Assembly (NCBI GenBank): GCA_965198225.1
Contig: CBDAOY010000006.1
Coordinates: 832,001-896,000 of the forward strand
Reading direction: 5' to 3'
Source of the DNA: Terriglobia bacterium
GTDB lineage: Bacteria; Acidobacteriota; Terriglobia; 20CM-2-55-15
Length of the DNA stretch: 64,000 nt
The notes under the pieces were generated by a model that was given only the letters and a program-made list of their open reading frames with translations, searched no databases and was not told the origin of the DNA. Below are positions 58,312-64,000 of this stretch, piece after piece (within the stretch, counting starts at the first letter, position 1; each line of letters opens with the position of its first letter). Made by a program: the position numbers and the translations under genes.

Positions 58312-59955
58312 CTAGCCGATGAGCATGCGGTAGACGGGGACGGGCTGGCTGAAGCCTTTGACGGTGATGGGATCCACCCTCTCTGCCTTGACGAGATCCT
58401 GGACACATGTGTAGGTCGATTCGGAAATGAGAATCTCGTGAGGGGCGGCCGAGCCGCATAGCCGGGAGCACAGGTTCACGTTCGACCCGATTGCCGTGTA
58501 GTCGAGCCGATCTCGGCTGCCGATGCTGCCCATGATCACCTCCCCGGTCACTATCCCGATGCCGATGCTCAGGCGAGGCAGGTCGGGATGAGCCTCGTTG
58601 TCTTCTTCCAGCGCACGCTGGATCTCGACGGCCGAGCGAATGGCGTTGAGTGCCATGTCGTCGCCATCGAACACCGCGACGACGCAGTCGCCGACGAATT
58701 TGTCGACGTCGCCGTCGAACTTCTTTACGAGGGAGGCCTGGAGACTCAGGCACCGGTTCAGGGATTGAACGGTTTCTTCAGGCGGCTGCCGTTCCGACAT
58801 CTCGGTAAAGCCCCGTATGTCTGAAAAGAAGATCGTCCTCGAGACGCGTTCGCCGGCCGAACCGCTCTCATCGTCGGTTCGGGTCTGGATCATCTCGACC
58901 GTCGATTGCGAGACGAACTTCTGCATATCCTCGCGTTCCCTGAGGCCTCCGACCATGCTGTTGAAGGACGCTGCCAGATCGCCGATCTCGTCTTTGCTGC
59001 GAACGTCGAGGCGGTAGTCGAAGTTGCCGTCCATGACCTGTCGGGTTCCCTCGGCCAGGGTTGCGAGCGGTGCGGTGACACCGCCGGCCAGGACGATGCT
59101 TCCGATGATTCCGGCCACCGCGGTCAGGAGACCCAAGGTGAGGAGGCCCGTCTGGATCCGCTGGTACGGCGCCATCGCCCGGTCGAGAGATCGCAGCATC
59201 ACTGCCAGGGGACGGGGTCCGTCCGCGTCGCCAAGCTCGAAACTCCGGGTGCCGTAGCGCTCGCCGTCGATCTCGACCTCATCGGACATCATCGCCTGTT
59301 CCCAGTCGGCCCTGCCACTGAACGGAAGGACGGCGTCTGATAGCGTCGTGCCGATAACGTCTTGATCCAGGATCAGGATGTCGCTCCCACCATTGCCTCT
59401 CAGGTCGGCGGCGAAAGTGTCATCGATCCGCGACGCAGCGATGACGAACCCGAACACCAGCCCGCCGGCCGTCGACGGCATCGAGGCAGCGTGGTAGATT
59501 CCGCTGGCGGTGCGCAGCACGCCGGCGGCGGGTTGTCCAGACAGCGCCGGTTCCACCCAGCGGGCCGCCACGTCCTGAAGCGGCTCAAGTGTCAGTCCGT
59601 CGGTTCGCGCCAGGACTTCACCGAAAGGATCCAGGACGATCAAAAGGTCGGAAGACTGGTTCTCCTGCTGGTAGAAGGCGAGAAAGTCCCGGATCGTCGC
59701 GACGTCCGTGGTGTCCAGCAGCGCTTTGAGATCCGGAAACGACGCGACGACCCCGGCGGTCAGCCGCAGCCCGACCAGGCGCTGGTCTTCCGCTCCGGCG
59801 ATCCAGCGTTGGCTTTGATCGAATTCCTCCACCAGCTGCTGAGTGACGTACGCCCCGCCCTGGGCATTGACGAAGATCAGGGTTGCGGCTATCAGGGCGA
59901 TGAGCAGGACACTGACCGACATCGCAATCTTCCAGCGCAGGGAGAGGTTGGGCAT
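58312..59955 (-). CDS. Membrane class III adenylate/guanylate cyclase with extracytoplasmic sensor and HAMP
   Basis: Two TM helices, DEIGDLAASFNSM (HAMP), FSDIRGFT, DKFVGDC, YTAIGSNVNLCSRL and VKG motifs. Confidence 0.93.
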   Translation of the reverse strand: MPNLSLRWKIAMSVSVLLIALIAATLIFVNAQGGAYVTQQLVEEFDQSQRWIAGAEDQRLVGLRLTAGVVASFPDLKALLDTTDVATIRDFLAFYQQENQSSDLLIVLDPFGEVLARTDGLTLEPLQDVAARWVEPALSGQPAAGVLRTASGIYHAASMPSTAGGLVFGFVIAASRIDDTFAADLRGNGGSDILILDQDVIGTTLSDAVLPFSGRADWEQAMMSDEVEIDGERYGTRSFELGDADGPRPLAVMLRSLDRAMAPYQRIQTGLLTLGLLTAVAGIIGSIVLAGGVTAPLATLAEGTRQVMDGNFDYRLDVRSKDEIGDLAASFNSMVGGLREREDMQKFVSQSTVEMIQTRTDDESGSAGERVSRTIFFSDIRGFTEMSERQPPEETVQSLNRCLSLQASLVKKFDGDVDKFVGDCVVAVFDGDDMALNAIRSAVEIQRALEEDNEAHPDLPRLSIGIGIVTGEVIMGSIGSRDRLDYTAIGSNVNLCSRLCGSAAPHEILISESTYTCVQDLVKAERVDPITVKGFSQPVPVYRMLIG

Positions 59956-60078
59956 CGGTTCTTATATTAGACGAACCTAAAGGGGAGGGACTACCGGTGC
60001 ATTGATTTCAGCACGGGTGGTCCGTGCGCCAAATCTCAAATCTCGAATGAGACTTCAGATTTCTTTGAGGCTCCCTCC

Positions 60079-60864
60079 TCAAGAAAGGAGCATGCTCCCC
60101 AGGCTGACGACACCTGCGAGGATCATCACGATCCCCGCGACGCGTCCGCCCTGGTGTCCGAGCGGCAGGACCTTTTCGAGCAGTACAAAGAGGGTGATTG
60201 CCGCGATCCACAGGATGTTCATCACACCGCCGAGAAAGAGAAGCCCCATCAGGACCCAGCAGCAGCCCAGGCAGAAGGCACCGTGTTCCAGTCCCATGCG
60301 GAATGCCCCGCCGACGCCGGCCCGCCAGTGCCGTGCGAAGAAATGTGCCGGCGCACGACAATGGTCGAGACAGGCGTTCTTGAGCGGTGTCAGCTGGTAG
60401 AACCCCGCCCCGATCAGGAGACCGGCACCCAGGGCGGGACTCGTGGTCACCATCATCGGAGAAAGGAGAGCCGCTCGATCCAGAAGGCATTGAGCCGCCG
60501 TCGCGCCCAGGCTAAACAGGACCCACATCACGACGTAACCGGTCACGAAGACACCCGCAGCGGGGATCGGGGTGTTCTGGCTCGCCGCCTTCCGGGACAC
60601 CGCGGCGTAGATGAGCGTCATCGGTACTGCGGTCGGGACCATCATCCCAACCATCATCACCGACCACATCAGGAACATCAGGAGAAAGTCGATGCCGGTC
60701 CACGGTCGAATCTCGATGATGTCCATGGTCCCCGACATCGGCATCTCGTCCATTCGCGCGGCGAGTACGATGAGGTAGGTCCATGCCAGGAGAGTCACGC
60801 CACCAAGGGAGCCGAGGATTACGATTCGGTCGCGTCGTGGCAACGCGCGTGTCGTAGAAGTCAC
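60079..60864 (-). CDS. DUF2182 family putative metal-binding membrane protein
   Basis: MWSVMMVGMMVP, YQLTPLKNACLDHCR and CLGCCWVLM motifs. Confidence 0.9.
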   Translation of the reverse strand: MTSTTRALPRRDRIVILGSLGGVTLLAWTYLIVLAARMDEMPMSGTMDIIEIRPWTGIDFLLMFLMWSVMMVGMMVPTAVPMTLIYAAVSRKAASQNTPIPAAGVFVTGYVVMWVLFSLGATAAQCLLDRAALLSPMMVTTSPALGAGLLIGAGFYQLTPLKNACLDHCRAPAHFFARHWRAGVGGAFRMGLEHGAFCLGCCWVLMGLLFLGGVMNILWIAAITLFVLLEKVLPLGHQGGRVAGIVMILAGVVSLGSMLLS

Positions 60865-60873
60865 CCGGAGAGG

Positions 60874-61509
60874 CTAGCGAATCACGCCGTCCTGGTCCAT
60901 GTGCAGCTCGTTGAACTGACCGTAGGAGTCGGACATATCCAGAGCGATGCTGCCGTGGGTCTTCGAACTCGCGGTTCCCATCTCTGCGTAGGTGTACTCG
61001 AATCCCTCCGGGAGATGTATCCGCGATCGCGACACCCCGCCGGTGAACGGGTTTGGAATCGGCGTTCCACTGGACTCCACCAGGTCCGGAACCTTGATGT
61101 GTCCCTTTCGTTCCCCGACGTCGATCGAGATGTCGATCGGTTTGTAAAGGGTTTCCAGAGTTTCCGACATCGTGCTGTTGTAGACGAAGAAGTGGGTCGC
61201 GAGCGGTGCGGTGGACTCGCCGTGGAGGATCTTGCGCAACGCCTCGCGCTGGTCGACGTTGGCCCTTTCGTCGATGATCACTTGCTCCCTGCCGTTTCCG
61301 TCGGCGATCTCGCCAGGCCACGCCAGGAGCATGACCCAGGTCAGGCCGTCCAGGCGGGTTTCGTTGAAGTATCCCTCGTCGATCATGCCTCCCCCCACGG
61401 CTTCGCACTTGCCGTTGGTCGAGGGTACACCGAACTGGCAGGGGCATCCCCAGTCGCAGTTGCAGTTGACGAATTCTCTGCCGCGCAGCATCCACTTGTC
61501 TGACATCAT
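60874..61509 (-). CDS. DUF1326 family protein
   Basis: NCNCDWGCPC...C Cys cluster and IDERA...QREAL. Adjacent to DUF2182. Confidence 0.88.
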   Translation of the reverse strand: MMSDKWMLRGREFVNCNCDWGCPCQFGVPSTNGKCEAVGGGMIDEGYFNETRLDGLTWVMLLAWPGEIADGNGREQVIIDERANVDQREALRKILHGESTAPLATHFFVYNSTMSETLETLYKPIDISIDVGERKGHIKVPDLVESSGTPIPNPFTGGVSRSRIHLPEGFEYTYAEMGTASSKTHGSIALDMSDSYGQFNELHMDQDGVIR

Positions 61510-61537
61510 CGCTCCTTTATGAAACCGCCGCTGTCCT

Positions 61538-62938
61538 TCAAGGTAATATGAGTTTGCCCGCGATCACGAAAACCGGAACCAGAATCACCGTTCTCTGGAG
61601 AAAGATCAGAACCAGGTCGGTGAACTTGAGCGGGAGGATCGAGCGCAGCAGCAGAACGCCGACCTCGGACATGTAGATCAGCTGAGCGACCGACAACCCC
61701 GCGAGCACGAAGCGAGTCAATTCCGCATCGAGGTCCGTCGCCATGACCGCGGGCAGGAACTGGTCGAGGAAACCCACGAGGACTCCCGGGGCGGCCACGT
61801 CCGCGTCGCCCATTCCCATCAGCTCCAGTACAGGCACGAGCGGCAGGGTGAGCCAACCGAACACTGGCGTGTGCCTGCCCAGGATCATCACGAGAACCAC
61901 CAATCCCATGCTCGCTCCGATGACGCCGAAGACGGCTTCGGCCATCGAGCGCAGGGAGCTGCTCACATAGCCTTTGAATCCAGGAGCCCGTTCCGCTCGC
62001 TTGACTGCTTTCTCGAGAGACAGTCGCGCCAGCGAGGTCTCAGCCGCGCGATCTTCCTCGGGCGCCGCCTGAGCTTCGTGGAAGTAGGTATCGGGTTTTC
62101 GCGACAGAGGGGGAATACGTGGCGTGACGGTCGCGACGATAATACAGGCCACCGCAACCGTGATGTACCACGGGAAGAAAACGTGGTCGATGTTGGCGAC
62201 CGAAGCAATCAGCACTGCGAAGGGAACCGAGACGACCGAGAAGTTCGTCGCGACGGCGGCCGCCTCCCGCGCGCTGTAGGATCCGTTACGATACTGTTCG
62301 ATCGTGATCAGCAGGCCGACGCTGGCAGCGGCGACGAAGGAGGCTGTGGCATCGATGGCCGCTCGTCCCGGTAGTCGGAACAGCCGAACGAACAGCGGCC
62401 GCACCAGCGTGCCGACGAACTCCATCGCGCCGTAGTGGGTCAGCAGCGGAAGAAACAGACACGAGGTCACGAAGATCAGCAGCATCTGCTCGCCGATGTC
62501 GACGTAGGCCGCACGTCCGGTGGTTTCGCCGATGATCAGTGGATGACCGGCCTGGAGGTAGAACATCACACCGAACACCGCCCCCAAAATACGCAGGACA
62601 GTCCAGAACGGGGTCGTGTCGAAGATCTGCGTAGCGACTCTGTTCTTCGGCAACCAGGCGAACTTCAACCAGCTGTAAGCAATGCTGGCGAGCGCGGTGA
62701 AGATGCAGATGGTGACCAGGCTCAGCAGGACATAGCTGCCCAGTGCCGTGTGAAGCCGGGACACCATGACGGCAATCGGGATCGTGAAGTTTTCCCCGAC
62801 CTGCACCGGTGCCAGGAACAGGAAAAGCCCCAGGGTCGAGGGTATCGCGAAGCGCGCGATCCTTGCCCCGCTGAGTTGATACTGCGTCGACGTAGACGGT
62901 GGCGCCGCGTTCTCGTCTAGCTCGCTCAAATGGGTCAC
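61538..62938 (-). CDS. YjiH family (Gate domain) membrane transporter
   Basis: YGAMEFVG..RPLF.LPGRAAIDA, YSAREAA..ATNFS, DQFLP and IYMSEVG motifs. Confidence 0.88.
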   Translation of the reverse strand: MTHLSELDENAAPPSTSTQYQLSGARIARFAIPSTLGLFLFLAPVQVGENFTIPIAVMVSRLHTALGSYVLLSLVTICIFTALASIAYSWLKFAWLPKNRVATQIFDTTPFWTVLRILGAVFGVMFYLQAGHPLIIGETTGRAAYVDIGEQMLLIFVTSCLFLPLLTHYGAMEFVGTLVRPLFVRLFRLPGRAAIDATASFVAAASVGLLITIEQYRNGSYSAREAAAVATNFSVVSVPFAVLIASVANIDHVFFPWYITVAVACIIVATVTPRIPPLSRKPDTYFHEAQAAPEEDRAAETSLARLSLEKAVKRAERAPGFKGYVSSSLRSMAEAVFGVIGASMGLVVLVMILGRHTPVFGWLTLPLVPVLELMGMGDADVAAPGVLVGFLDQFLPAVMATDLDAELTRFVLAGLSVAQLIYMSEVGVLLLRSILPLKFTDLVLIFLQRTVILVPVFVIAGKLILP

Positions 62939-63153
62939 CTCAGGGAGAGATAGGTCATCGCCTGCCTGTTTTCAATGACTTAGCCGTCGCCGGTTCCGGC
63001 GGTACAGCGTAGTATTTCCCGTACTTTAGGTCAAGGGTGTGTCTCGGGGGGTAGTTCGGGCGGCTGGCGCGGTTTGTTCGGGAACGTCGGGGACTTTGGC
63101 GCAGGCAAGAACTCAAACACGCCCGAAAGGCAAACCGCAGCAGCGTAGAACGT

Positions 63154-63585
63154 TTATCCGCCGATGCCGTCGGCGCAGGACTCAGCCACGATGGAATCAA
63201 GTTTCTGCGTTAGATCCAGTGTCTGTTCCCGGAGCATATGCCGGAGTGACACCATTCCCTTCACCGAGCCTTGACTCACAATTGGCAAGTGGCGGACTCG
63301 ATGGGTAACCATCATTCCAATCGCCTCGCCGACCGTAGCATCTGTGGGCAGTGTCCATGCCGGGGAGGTCATCACCTCGCTGATACGGGTAGTCGCGGGA
63401 TCGCGCCGGGGAAGAGCAACTCGGACCATGACATCGCGTTCGGTAAGGACGCCCCGCAGTTGAGTGTTTTCAGCGACGAAGAGAGCTCCAATTTTCTCTT
63501 CCTGCATCAACAAGATCCCCTGGGTAACCGAGGCAGACGGCTCGATCGTCACCGCGGGAACCAGAGCCAGCCTGAGAATACTCAC
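63154..63585 (-). CDS. CBS-pair protein
   Basis: GVLTERD, EVMT and RHLPIV...GMVSLR motifs. The GTG start at 63585 follows a GGAGAGGAGG RBS. Confidence 0.85.
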   Translation of the reverse strand: MSILRLALVPAVTIEPSASVTQGILLMQEEKIGALFVAENTQLRGVLTERDVMVRVALPRRDPATTRISEVMTSPAWTLPTDATVGEAIGMMVTHRVRHLPIVSQGSVKGMVSLRHMLREQTLDLTQKLDSIVAESCADGIGG

Positions 63586-64000
63586 GCTATCCTCCTCTCC
63601 TGCGCCATTCGATGCGACATCGAAAACAGGAAAATCGTTTGCCCAACCTACCACCAAAGTTGATGCCAGGTCCACCGCAAGCCGAGTTGGCGGCGGAGGG
63701 AACGGCGCAGTCTCTGTATCCGTCCAATGCTGGCGCAGAATATTTTCTTCAACCAAGAACCCGCCTCTGTCTCATCTCTCGCCGTTCTGGTCACTTAGAG
63801 AGTGCGCAAATCTTTCGCGTTGACGGGGCCCTGAGCACGGCGGATTCTCTACAGTGCGTTGGGATCGTTTGGTTCGCGACCAGGCCGATCATTGTGCACG
63901 GTGCCCGAACGAATTGTGGGTTGCCCCCGCAGTCCGTTCAGACATTGAACAAAGACTCATCGATCGAGAGTCCCTGCCCAATTGACCGACCTGGCGCATG

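Noticed and set aside
1241-61503. Long antisense or alternate-frame ORFs (for example 1241-2401, 4910-5824, 20884-22143, 42052-43836, 50718-51929, 56154-57371, 60154-61503)
   Set aside because: Shadow ORFs of well-supported genes, expected in high-GC DNA.

Overview
GC-rich bacterial DNA. The gene content is Acidobacteria-like (Tat-exported amidohydrolases, DUF1549/1553-DUF1501 module, PQQ-type propellers, many peptidases), but the taxon is only an inference. Ordinary genes include type-2 IPP isomerase, AddAB-like helicase/nuclease, aminotransferase, NSS transporter, a Lon-like protease and several signalling proteins. The main feature is a mobile-element hotspot at about 4.77-11.7 kb. It holds a complete IS4-family element and group II introns nested four deep. 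A deleted outer intron (6810-11620) carries an RT-encoding intron (7762-11511) at its D5/D6 junction. That intron carries a roughly 905-nt ORF-less intron in its domain III, and the ORF-less intron has also inserted into its own domain III. Each junction is backed by an EBS1/IBS1 match visible in the sequence. A second notable signal is three divergent copies of a roughly 276-bp CTAG-bounded element at 41.0, 44.6 and 45.0 kb, which conserve a Y-shaped fold and loop motifs rather than terminal sequence. GTAG-type REP doublets, short-period hairpin repeats and three broken genes also occur. All calls come from reading motifs by eye; no database searches were run.
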